64,000 nt of DNA from Halocafeteria seosinensis (Eukaryota): NCBI GenBank assembly GCA_001687465.1, contig LVLI01000050.1:1-64000 (forward strand). Reading direction: 5' to 3'. Below, in pieces: positions 10,578-21,197 of the stretch. Position 1 is the first letter of the stretch. Each line of letters starts with the position of its first letter. The notes beneath the pieces are model-generated. The model was not told the origin of the DNA, did no database searches, and worked only from the letters and a program-made list of their open reading frames with translations. The translations under genes and the position numbers were made by a program.

Positions 10578-11390
10578 TCATTTCATTTCGTTCTCTTCGA
10601 TTCTCTTTAGGTTGGACATACATTGTAGATGCTGTTCGTATGCTGCCCAGTCATCATGTGTCCACTCGGAAAAATTATCCGAGCAGGCTTTCATACGCAA
10701 CGGATTCTCAAACACAGCGCGAACAACGTCCACTTTATCGCCCACGTTTACATCGTAAGGAAACAGTTGTTGAACTTTGTGGACACGATAAACCCCACCA
10801 CCTACTTCCATAAATAACTTCGTCTGCACCCTCTCTCCTTGAAAGGCGATGCGAAAATCATCAAGTACTGTGTTCGGATCATTCCCGCACTCTCTAGGAA
10901 AACTGGTGATGTATTGAAAGTCCTTACGTGTGTCTTCGAGACCAGGACGTTCCAATGAGCCCGCAAGTGGGAAGTTTTCACTTAAAGAACACCGTAGACT
11001 AATTTGCATGCCGTATGATAAGGCGCGTCCACAGAAAACGCGGCCGTAAACGGTGCCATCTTCATTTTGTACCGCAGAGTGGGCTTGCCAAAATAGTTCA
11101 AATGATCTCCACTTGGCCTCGCTTGGCATCTCATTCGCGTTAAAGACTTGACAACCCAGTGCTTGTAGTCCGCTATTTTTCGCTGCCAATATCCTTTTAT
11201 TGTCGTAGGTTATCAAATTGTTGCCCGGCATTTTCACCACCTGGGCATGAAGTGTGTACTTGCTCCGGCTAAACGTAAAGTCGTCAATGTGTCTTTGCTT
11301 GCTTGGGTCCCATGGAATCACGCTCTTCTGCGAGAACCGAATTTGAGCAGGATCCACATCTTTTATATTCCCTTCGTAGAGCCTGGCCAT
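10578..11390 (-). CDS. ParB/sulfiredoxin-like domain protein resembling bacterial polymorphic-toxin C-terminal domains
   Basis: VDPAQIRFSQKSV...QVVKMPGNNLITYDNKRILAAKNSGL...VFNANEMP...SYGMQISLRC...FPLAGS; intact intronless ORF, likely ATG at 11390 (track start 11435). Confidence 0.7.
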   Translation of the reverse strand: MARLYEGNIKDVDPAQIRFSQKSVIPWDPSKQRHIDDFTFSRSKYTLHAQVVKMPGNNLITYDNKRILAAKNSGLQALGCQVFNANEMPSEAKWRSFELFWQAHSAVQNEDGTVYGRVFCGRALSYGMQISLRCSLSENFPLAGSLERPGLEDTRKDFQYITSFPRECGNDPNTVLDDFRIAFQGERVQTKLFMEVGGGVYRVHKVQQLFPYDVNVGDKVDVVRAVFENPLRMKACSDNFSEWTHDDWAAYEQHLQCMSNLKRIEENEMK

Positions 11391-11829
11391 ACTGTTATTG
11401 GTGAGTACATGTACATGTATGTATGATATGGACACGGCTCGTTGGTTAGAGCACTGTGGGTTCCCTTTTTCTTTTGATTTGCTCTATCGATAATCAGGAT
11501 AATGTAGAGCAAGACAGCGCTACGATACGAGGATCTATACACATGTACTGTCCTGGATTAATTCCAAGAATTGCCTGCCTAATAATGGCCAATTCCTGAT
11601 GAAATCGTGTGGTTGTAGAGGGCCCTGGTTGTGCTGGCACTGACCGGCCAAAAAAGGAAAAATCGTCCGTCCCACAGGCTGCTGAAAATTGACAGGACTC
11701 TGTCGACCGTTGGCCAAAGCGACGAGTTCACTGTCCACATATATGTATACCATCGCTAATGATGTCAATGACTTGTTTTTCCGAATATACTGATAGATAT
11801 CCAGCAAAATACTGTGTTGGTATTATGCA

Positions 11830-12300
11830 TGTCTCCCCAATAATATCACCCATAGACTAACATTCCGTAATGCTAGGGTCACCTCCGTCATCGCCTGGGA
11901 TGCCGCCGCTGCCATCTCGAGATATATAGCCTGTAGAGTAGCATCCCTGAATGTATACATATCCATCATCAGCTCTAGTTTTACCGCCAATTATTCCTCC
12001 GGCTTCCATTCCTTCAATGACGACTTCGGAATAGCAGTTCGTAATGTAAACTCGGCGTTCCGAACTCCCTGCAAACTGGCCGCATATCCCACCAGTATCT
12101 ATCCCCATCAAAGTTCCAGTGGAGTTACAATAACTAATGTTGGCAATGCCTCCATTGGAACCCACTATGCCACCAGCACTGCCTTCAGTTACATGATAAT
12201 TGCCATCGAGGACTCAATTGGCGCGCAAGGTAATGAAGTCGTCGCCATTCCAACCCTCCACATTGTATACAATCATTATTGGCAATATGTTCGCATACGT
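11830..12300 (-). pseudogene. Fragment of the GLUG-like surface family
   Basis: WNGDDFITLRAN* followed by GIANISYCNSTGTLMGIDTGGICGQFAG...YVYIQGCYSTG...EC*; premature stops and cap deletion; by eye closest to the 56632 head. Confidence 0.8.
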
Positions 12301-13109
12301 CCAAGGCGCTACAACTGTACAACAACTTGTACAATAAGACGTCCGAGCTCGAGGAGGCTCAAAGCGTGCAGACCACAAGTCATAGAAGTTGCTGCTGCAA
12401 GAAAGCCGTTCCTTGTACCACGTCAAGTGTCCCGGGCTTGACATTTTCTCAGTCGCAATAACTCTGTCAGCCCGACAGGGATAGAGCTGCATAATCCAAT
12501 TGTGCACTTCAGAACAACGGTCTATTCCGCACATGGAAAAATCTCACCATCAGAAATCCCAAAACTAAGAACACTATCATAGTTGTAAGCGTGTATATGA
12601 ACTTTACAATCTGGTATACGAGTTTGTAAGTGCACATGGACTTCGTGGGACGATATATCCTGATGAACTGCCGGCCGGTGCTCCCGGGGTATCACACAAA
12701 AGGTCGGAACATCCACGTATCACGGAATATGAAGACAACCCAGCACGAGGCACTCAAAGAGCATCCTCTTAGTATGCTGGGTTAACCGTGGGCACCAAGG
12801 AAGAGCCTTCCCCTGCGTTCAGTCACCGTTCATCGTGATAATTCTTGACATGTGGTGGGCGCTTTGTGAAAATTTGGAAATCAGCAATGGAGGTGAATGA
12901 GGCTTCAATGCGTCAGTGCTCGGGGAACGCACAAACACTGCTTTGGGATATGAAGAGCTTGCTCTTGTAGGAGTCCTGTTTGAGTGAATCTTGGTGCACT
13001 GCCACCTGAGTCGGAATATCCAATACTGTGTAGTTTGCTTTGTATTGTACAACTTGTATCATACTCATTTTAGATTTTGGAAACTTGCCTCCATCGTTTG
13101 CTTTTGCTC

Positions 13110-15086
13110 CTAGAGCGTACTTTTGCAGTTCACTCTTTGTAAGGGTATCTTAAATCGCTCTCGAGTTGCTAAAGATTGTGGCGAATTTCCGAATTCAGAA
13201 GAATTGCGTGGCACTGCTTCAGTCATCGTCGGTGAAACTGGGAGAGAGCACGTTCCTGAAATTGAAGATGACTGAGTCGGAGAGAACGAGGTGGTACCCG
13301 AAGCAGAGGGAGACGGGCTGCTTGGCAGCGTTGGTATACTGGAGTACGTAGCACTGCGTGAAATTGAAGATAACCGAGTCGACGAAAACGAGGTGGTACC
13401 CGAAGTAGAGGGAGGCGGGATGCTTTGCAGTGTTGATGTACTCGAAGCAGAGGAAGACGGGGTGAGGGACAATTTTGGTGTACTGGAGTACGTAACAGTG
13501 CTTGACTCTGTTGGCGACGGAGTGGGGATACTGATTTCCGGTATTTGGAAACGCAGAATCGGCAAGCGATCACTTCCGTTCAAAGCCCATGTTTCGTTGT
13601 CCCAGTTCCGATACAGTTGACCTCCTATATCGTCCAAAGATCCAGAGACCTCCATCGTCGAGGCAGTATCCCCTGTTCCGACTATTCCGGAATTGTCGTC
13701 TGTGCCGGTGCCGTTGTACACTGAATACTCCACTTGGACATCACCGTCAACAGCACCTATGATGCCACCGGCCTCTTGACCAATAGCAACACCGGAACAA
13801 TACACGTTGAAGATGTATACATGGCCCGAACCTTCTCCTGCCCCCACCCCAGTGACACCTCCTGCCTTTTCACCAAGAATATCACCTTCGGTATAACAAT
13901 TTTGAATGTGCACTATTCCTCTCACGCCTGTACAGTGCCCGCTAATGCCACCTGCTCCATTTGCTTGTATACGTCCCTTAGTATAACATTCCCGGATGTG
14001 TATTGTCCCGCCGCTTGCACCACCACCTCCACCTACAATACCACCTCCGTCATGAGAAAGAATATCTCCTGTTGAGTACGACTGGGTGATATTGACTTGG
14101 CCGTGATCGAAGCCGACATGGTCGCCACAAATACCTCCAGCAAAGCCTCTTTCTATATTTCCAATCGAAAAGCATTTGGTTATGCGAGCAATTCCATTGT
14201 GGTCTCCTGCATGCGCTCCAGTTATGCCCCCAGCTGCCGTGCCACCAATCCCTGTAGAATAGGAATCCGAAACGTGGATTTCGCCACCATTGGAACCAGA
14301 ATAGGAACCACAGATGCCACCCGCACCCAGATGTCCAATCTTGCCTGTAGAACTACACGAGTCCACTACAAAATATTGTTGATCCCTTCGGACGACAAAA
14401 CCACCTTGTGCGGCGATTGTACCGTTCCGCATATGCACACGCTTAATTAGTGGGGCTTCAGAAAATGACGTCACACTCGGATTAACCTTGAACAGTCCTT
14501 CAAAATCATCGATTCCCGTTAAATCAATAATGTTCAAGCTATTATGTCTTCCGCCGCCACCATGAAATATTTCGTTAACACCCAGAGTAATATGCGTTTC
14601 CTTCGTATATCCATGAGAATTCCAATCCAATATGCTGCAGTTCAATTGAAACAATTGAATCCCGGGAATATAGTGAAAACATGGTTCAAACCCATCTATG
14701 ATATTGCTTCGTAAGTCTGCGTCTCCGTTTGCAGAATCAACCCCGCTTAGCTCCATTATTACTAGAATTGAGCAAAGCAACAAAACGCGGTTTATCGAAA
14801 TCCTAGTTCTTTGCAAGAAACGAGAGCGACTCTTCCTTCTGTTTAACTCATCCAGACGTCCCCAAAGCTTAGGCAACGTGGTTTCAAGGATACGGCTTGT
14901 CACCAGGATCGCCGTCATCAAACTAAATCTCAACGCTGCTCCCATCAAGACAGTCACACAAGAGAGAGAGTGAACCTGCTCAGGATCGGGGAAAGCGCAT
15001 CGCTGAGGCAGTTGCAGGACTACCATTGCTGACGTTAATTCCCTCGGTAGCCTGCAACACAACACGACACAGTCAAGCCAAAACAA
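13110..15086 (-). CDS. GLUG-like surface protein, 7 coils, Ser-rich stalk, short basic tail (no TM); true start uncertain
   Basis: DLRSNII...ITLGVNEIFHG...APLIKRVHMRNG...WALNGSDRLPILRFQIP; ends RERFKIPLQRVNCKSTL. Confidence 0.85.
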   Translation of the reverse strand: MFWLDCVVLCCRLPRELTSAMVVLQLPQRCAFPDPEQVHSLSCVTVLMGAALRFSLMTAILVTSRILETTLPKLWGRLDELNRRKSRSRFLQRTRISINRVLLLCSILVIMELSGVDSANGDADLRSNIIDGFEPCFHYIPGIQLFQLNCSILDWNSHGYTKETHITLGVNEIFHGGGGRHNSLNIIDLTGIDDFEGLFKVNPSVTSFSEAPLIKRVHMRNGTIAAQGGFVVRRDQQYFVVDSCSSTGKIGHLGAGGICGSYSGSNGGEIHVSDSYSTGIGGTAAGGITGAHAGDHNGIARITKCFSIGNIERGFAGGICGDHVGFDHGQVNITQSYSTGDILSHDGGGIVGGGGGASGGTIHIRECYTKGRIQANGAGGISGHCTGVRGIVHIQNCYTEGDILGEKAGGVTGVGAGEGSGHVYIFNVYCSGVAIGQEAGGIIGAVDGDVQVEYSVYNGTGTDDNSGIVGTGDTASTMEVSGSLDDIGGQLYRNWDNETWALNGSDRLPILRFQIPEISIPTPSPTESSTVTYSSTPKLSLTPSSSASSTSTLQSIPPPSTSGTTSFSSTRLSSISRSATYSSIPTLPSSPSPSASGTTSFSPTQSSSISGTCSLPVSPTMTEAVPRNSSEFGNSPQSLATRERFKIPLQRVNCKSTL

Positions 15087-16020
15087 ACATCTACTGCTGT
15101 AAGGATGTAGTTAAAGTGTCTTCAGACCAGCTAACTTACTTTGAAGCTTGCTCTCCTCGTTCGCAGGGAGGGACTGGGGCTAGTCAATCAGCTGTGGTGG
15201 AGACCGCAATGCTATTACTCCTGTTGCCAAGAGGACGGGAAAGATCCACAGACACTTCCATTTTGGTCCATCATCAAGTACCATGTTCATCTTTGTCGTA
15301 GACATGACCGGGCTGCTGGGGAAGCTTCGCTTTTGGTGACCGTTTTGCTTTTTCTACACTGGATTAAGTACCACTTGCGCTGCTTTTCTTATAGTTGAAT
15401 CAATTGATGGAGGAAGGTGGCGTACCCGCTCCTTGTATGCCTCCGAATACAGATGGTTAACACGCTAGGAGCAGCCGAGGAGTGTCCACCACCTGGGCAT
15501 GCTTTTGCAGACAAGAATCACCGAAGCAAGATGGGAAAGCGAGAAAAGTTTCTTCGCATGTTGCTTTCCAAACAATAACAAAGCGTAAAGTCTGCTTAGC
15601 TAGGTAGTCGTAAAGACGTACAAGGAATCATGTCATGATTATCATGAATGGACGTTGTGAATCACTGCTTCAAGTTCCACGAGAACCGTTCCGCCGGTGC
15701 TGCAGGCTGCAAGTTGCCTGCACCTGCAAGGGCGGTACAAGATGATAGACAGGTTAGTGGGCTGGCTTACTCCCTGACGCTGCTGTATTTAGCCAAGAGA
15801 CGGAATTACGGACAAAAGTTGTTGAGTCGACAACACAAGGTACAACAAGCATATTGGACTACTGCGGACCTGGTATATCTTATGCTGGAACCGAGTGTAC
15901 CACGTATGTGTGCGAAAAGAGCCTATATCCATGACCGTGCCTTCGGAGTATACAGTTATTCACGCAAAAACCAGTCAAGGCCGGAGAGTTAGGTGACCTC
16001 AAAAGAGAGATCGCTGCCTT

Positions 16021-16830
16021 TTAAACATAAACAAGGATTTCCTCCGCCAGGCGACACTGATTCTTCAATCCAGGTGGCGCAGAGGAGATTGTTGGTGGTA
16101 TAGAGGTTGGAGGAGTTCTTACTACAGAGTCAGTTGGAAACCGGGGTGGTGTGTTGGTGCTGATGCTTGTATCTGTAGGAGTTTTGCGGTGAGATCCCCT
16201 TAAACACGGATTTCGTGATTGAGTGAATACTTCTGCAAACGTGAGAAACAGTCTCCAGAATGGCATGCCCACTGAATGTACTTCAGAATGGCTTACGTAG
16301 TAGTTCGAGTGAACAGCTGAAAGCCTCCGTCAGGAAGTGAGTTTAAATTCTTGCATTCGAGGTTTAGGTACCTGCACAGAAAATAGTCTTCTTGCCATTG
16401 CCTCCTCGGTGCTGAGAGGAACTTACGGGTACGAAGATAAACAGCTAGCAACGGTCAGTTCCGGAGCGATGGAATCAATACATAGGTTTTCAAGGCTCCT
16501 GTTCAACAGCAGTGCCACCGCAAGTGTAAATATAACACAAAACTGAGACCGTTTGACCTACCCTGTCCTACGTCGTACCACATACCAGCAAGCTGCAGGC
16601 GGATCGTCACTTCCACAGGAACAACACTCTAGGACACGTTCACCACGCTCCTCTCAAAACAAATGCTGCCGCATTTGTTTGCAACGTCACATCTGTCAAG
16701 GTGCCTAGGTCCAGTATCACTTTCGAAAGAGCGGACTTGTGGTGGAACTGTGGAACGTTCTTCTGCTTGCTATTTCTCGCCAAGATGTTGACACACACAC
16801 AAATGTGACAGATAGCCCACCGGCCGGGAA
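16021..16830 (-). pseudogene. Decayed paralogue of the LRR surface gene
   Basis: Spliced reading gives GERVLECCSCGSDDPPAACW / SLENLCIDSIAPELTVASC / YLNLECKNLNSLPDGGFQ / SIHSITKSVFKGIS with GT-AG introns at positions matching 18340..19998; frameshifts in exon 1 and before the Pro/Thr stalk. Confidence 0.7.
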
Positions 16831-16974
16831 GTTGACCGCATCCTCTTAACGAGGAGCGGTATGCGCCCGTGTTAAGCAGCGACGGGCCCGCTGTTCCTGC
16901 AGCCTTGATGTTGAAGCCAAAATGTAGACGATAATTCGGAGAAATGACGGAACGTTCGATTTTCCGTTGGGTTG

Positions 16975-18000
16975 CCTCACCCTCTTATGCTTCTCCGGGC
17001 AAGTAGTGAAATAAATTGTGCCGGTGACCTCTGCAGGAAGTTAATTTCGAACCACAGAGAGTTGAGCGGACAATTACTGCTCGTTCGAACACTTACTTCT
17101 CTTAGCAAAACAGGTATGATGTAAACTTGATTGTCTACTGCTGAGACTCGAGGTGGAATAAGCTCCCATATGCTCGCAGTCTTCAACAACCCCGTGGGCG
17201 ATCCCAGGATGAACTTCCGAGACGCTCACTGCCGATAACATGATCACCACAGCAACTCTTGCTCTTCCTTCCTACACTATAGTTAGTACAAATATTGTGA
17301 TAAGGCCTCTTTCACCTTTTCAGCGATTGTGGATTGATATACAAGCTACAGTGGCCAAGTGCAGACGCAGGGCTTCAGCCGAACAAATGAGGGTTGTTGC
17401 AGAACAATTAAGCGGCTCTGCATGCACACTAAAGTTTGGAATAAACCATTAGAAGAATTGAAAGCAAAAAATACAAGTAAAATGGACAAGTGCTTTAATG
17501 TCGTAGGAAAGAACAAGTTTCCCTGCTCTTTTGGAACTTAGAATTCTAGGGCTCGCAGTGAGTCGCGGGTGTCACAGTGGTGGTCCACTGGTGGAGCACA
17601 TACACACGATTCCGTCGAAGCAGTTTCACACCAATTAAATTCCGCTTCTATTAAGTATAAAAGAAGAGTAGAGATCTAGTCATTCCTTGCTGGCACCGAA
17701 CTGCCGTTCCCCCATTACGGGACGCTTCTGGACACTGTGCTACCGGAAGCCCCCATACACAGACATGAGCATGACGCAAGTGCAATGATGCGGAGGCAAG
17801 TGTCGATTCCTTGCTGTCAAATATGCATGGCTTCCTTTCGCGTATTGCTGTTTCCAGTTACGGCCTCCGGAAACCTACGGCCGGCGCTGGAACCACGATG
17901 GTGTATGATCGAAATGATTGCTACTTTTCAAACTCCAGTGGCCCATTAAGTGGCATTGGCGTTGATTGAGTGATTCTATGTGACTTAGCTGAATTTAGCC
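16975..18000 (-). pseudogene. Second decayed LRR-gene remnant (5' region)
   Basis: About 17815-18000 aligns by eye with 19845-20040 (MPLNGPLEFEK* versus MAPYGPLEWEKE); GTAAGT...CTGCAG intron-like segment and HNLFHYLPGEA* near 17030. Confidence 0.5.
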
Positions 18001-18339
18001 TCCTGTATGGCCTCCCAGAAGGACCTCGGTCTGTAGGGCTGAAAGTTCCAGCCTGGCCACATGTTCTTCTGTTTCGTTATAACCGTGAATACAGATCAAA
18101 ATTGACAATACTGTTTTAATCTGGAAACACATGCCTCGCGAATCAAGATCAAAGTTCTTTTCCACAACAATTTGTAGGCTTTCGTGGCGAAATAAGGATT
18201 CCATATACGCTGGGGGAGTGGCCAGCGTTTCGTCAACTTGCTAAGGATATGAGATTTCCAGAGGTATGCTCTCTAAAAGGAGGTATCTTCGCCTGTCTGG
18301 CTATATTATGAATATGAACGTTCCACCTCAGTACCAGCT

Positions 18340-19998
18340 CTACCGCCAATCTCTCGTTACACGCTGACGCCGCTTCTGCTGTTTCACCATCCGCTTAGGA
18401 AATTGTACAAGAACGTCGGCAGGAAACGCGTCGTTTCGCGATTTTTGAGTTGGATCTGTAGAACTTGTCGGATGTTGTGGTTTGCTGGAGCTAGAGGCTA
18501 GATAAGGCGAACTTGGCACTACAGTCTCTGAGCTCGTAGCAGTAGAGTCCGTGAAGCTTACAGGTGTTGATGACGGGGACGACGTAAGGGAACTCGGGAT
18601 TGTAGATGAAGTGGGGGGCGTTGTCTCTGAACTCGTAGCAGTAGAAGTCATAAAGCTCAAAGATGTTGACGACGGAGACGAAGTCAATGAGCTCGGACTC
18701 GAGGATGAAGTGGTTGTGCTTGTTGGAGTGGGGAGGCCGCTGAGGCAGAACATTGTGTCGTACACTCCGCCACCTAGCGGCTCAGCGAAGCGTGTTCCGA
18801 GAGGACAGTTGCTATTGTGTGCCCCAGGGTTACCCTCCAAATAGCTGCAGATCCAATTTCGAGAGCTTATTATCAAGAGCGTCAAAGTCTGCACTAACGT
18901 ACCCCCTGAAACCAACAGGGAACCCCACGAAAATTGAAGCGGGAAGTGATTGTATTTGGTTGTCCTCCAAATGGCTGCAGTCGACATTGAACTGTAACTC
19001 TGACATTGAGCCACTAAAATGCGATGCGGTACGAACATTTCGACGTTGGTTGATTTGACGGAATCGAACAGGTCAGCCGGCAGGTTTGTTAGGTTGTTAC
19101 CCAACAAGTTCCTGAATTAACATAAATCACATGAATATCTCTCTGCACTAGAGCACATCCCCTACTTACAGCACCTGGTTATTTGAAACTCCCTGGAACA
19201 CTTTTTTAGTGAGCGCCTCGATACTGTTGTGCTCAAGATTTCTGCGACCACAAGCAGCACTTTTCGGCCACAATTGAAGGGGCGCTGCATAAAGGTCCTA
19301 CTTACATCGTCGAAAACAGTAGACCTTGAAATGCATGGTCAGGAACAGACTGCAAATTATTGTGTCCCAGATTTCTGTACAAGAGCAAATACCTCATCAG
19401 TGAAGTTCCCGTCCATTACGAAGAACAACTGGAACTCACACAAATCTCGGACAGAGCGTACAATCCTCAAAAGAAACATTCTCTGCGATAGAGTCAATGT
19501 CCTCGCCTTGTAGCTCCCTGCCAACAAAACAAATAAGATGATGCACACGCGATCTCAGCGGGCTCCATGGTTGTTAACTTACCATGTGTCAGGGAGATCT
19601 GTATCCAAACCACAAAAGCAAAACTCCAAGACACGTTTCCCATTTTCATTGCAAATTTTGCAACAAGCACTTTTGGTCTCGCAACTCTCAAGGAATCGAT
19701 TCTTGCCACCAGTGTTGGACGAACCCGTGGAAAGCGGACGCTCCGCAGAATTCTGGAGGGCAGTACTGCCGTACACGTTGCCAGAAAGGAATACAGCGGT
19801 CAAAATGCCACCGACGACGACGAGTGCACTAAACGTGTTCCACGGACTCAAACATGTATGGCTTCCTTTCTTGTGCTGCTGTTTCCACCGAGAGTTTCTG
19901 GAAACCGGCACATGGTGCTGGGCTATATGAATAACATGACGGTACATGCCCAAACAGAATTGCTCCTTTTCCCACTCCAGCGGCCCGTAAGGTGCCAT
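18340..19998 (-). CDS. Seven-exon leucine-rich-repeat surface protein with Cys-rich caps and Ser/Thr stalk
   Basis: Predicted exons 19998-19583, 19517-19440, 19374-19306, 19241-19170, 19111-19037, 18974-18903, 18844-18340; all introns GT-AG, phase 2. LRRs: NLGHNNLQSVPDHAFQGL, NLEHNSIEALTKKVFQGV, NLLGNNLTNLPADLFDSV, HLEDNQIQSLPASIFVGF, YLEGNP. Confidence 0.85.
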
Positions 19999-21197
19999 CG
20001 ACGTTGACTAATTGATTTTGTGTGGCTTAGATGAATTTAGCGTCATCTATCGGCGGCTAGCCGCCAGGAGGAACTCAGACTGTTCCTTCTATACACGGAA
20101 GAGCAAAGTGGAAGTGGCAGCACAATGGCACGTACTCAGGGCTCCTCAAAGATGTAAAAGACCCTGCTTAATACCAGTTACGCATTGGCAAACATGGACA
20201 AACAAACGTCTGTGGTATGTTCGCTCAGAATACTAGTTGTACGGTCGTATAGGTAGTTGGAAGTGACTCAGAACTGTTGCTTTTATTGCCCACAGAAAGG
20301 TGAGCTACAAATCTCTGTGGAGAAAGAAATGCCCGTTTGATGCCGACTGTAGAAAAGTGTTGTTATTGGATCAAAATGTCATGTGGTGCCGGAAACAAGT
20401 GTCAAACGAGCTCAAGCGATCCCAGGATGGAACTCCGGAAAGCGAATGGCGAACGATGCTATTATTTCGGGAGCCTTCCATGGAGTTGTCGATACGGATA
20501 AGGCTAACATATTCCAATTAAGTTCTGAAAATTATCTGGGTACTGCTACGCGGGTGGACTTGTCCCATTCCGGAAACTGGGAATCCACGATCGCTATCGC
20601 AACCACTTTGTGCTGTGGTCCGATATTCCTTTGTGTATTTGCTGACCTTAAATTAGTGTATGAGCAACATTATGGAGCTTGACATGTGCGTGTTGGCATT
20701 GAGCAATGGCTATTGACCGCCATAGCAACATGGGGAGAGTTGTTGAAGAACTTGGGGTTTTCTGACAGTTCTGAACTTCACCGCGCGCATTGTCCGCATC
20801 TCCCGCCTTCAATCAGCATGCACAATATAGTAGTATTCAGCGGCTACATAGGCCCAGATAGGTCGTTCCTCACTTTATGCAGATCCAATTTCCTACCTTC
20901 AGCCTCAGCGGGGCCTTGGAAGGGCAGGATCTGTGAATGGCAAAAGTCTTGAGAATGTGGTTTCATTGCGACTGGGGCATCAGATCTGTGAACCAGCACG
21001 CTGAGCTGTCATCTTGGGGTAAATAGGGTCAGGTGTGAATCATTGGTGCTGTAGAGAAAGTGAGAGATATTGGATTGTCCAATCTGCATCAGTCGTTTAT
21101 TAGGCTCCTTATCAACAAAATTGAGCCATCGTCTGTAAGGGTTTCGTGAGTGGTTCTAAAGTTACGAAGAGTCCCCGTGAGAACGTAACTGCGAAAA

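Noticed and set aside
20050..21190. Short ORFs between the LRR and TPR genes (also 15100-16000, 28550-29400)
   Set aside because: No recognisable motifs or consistent exon structure; a spliced gene cannot be excluded.
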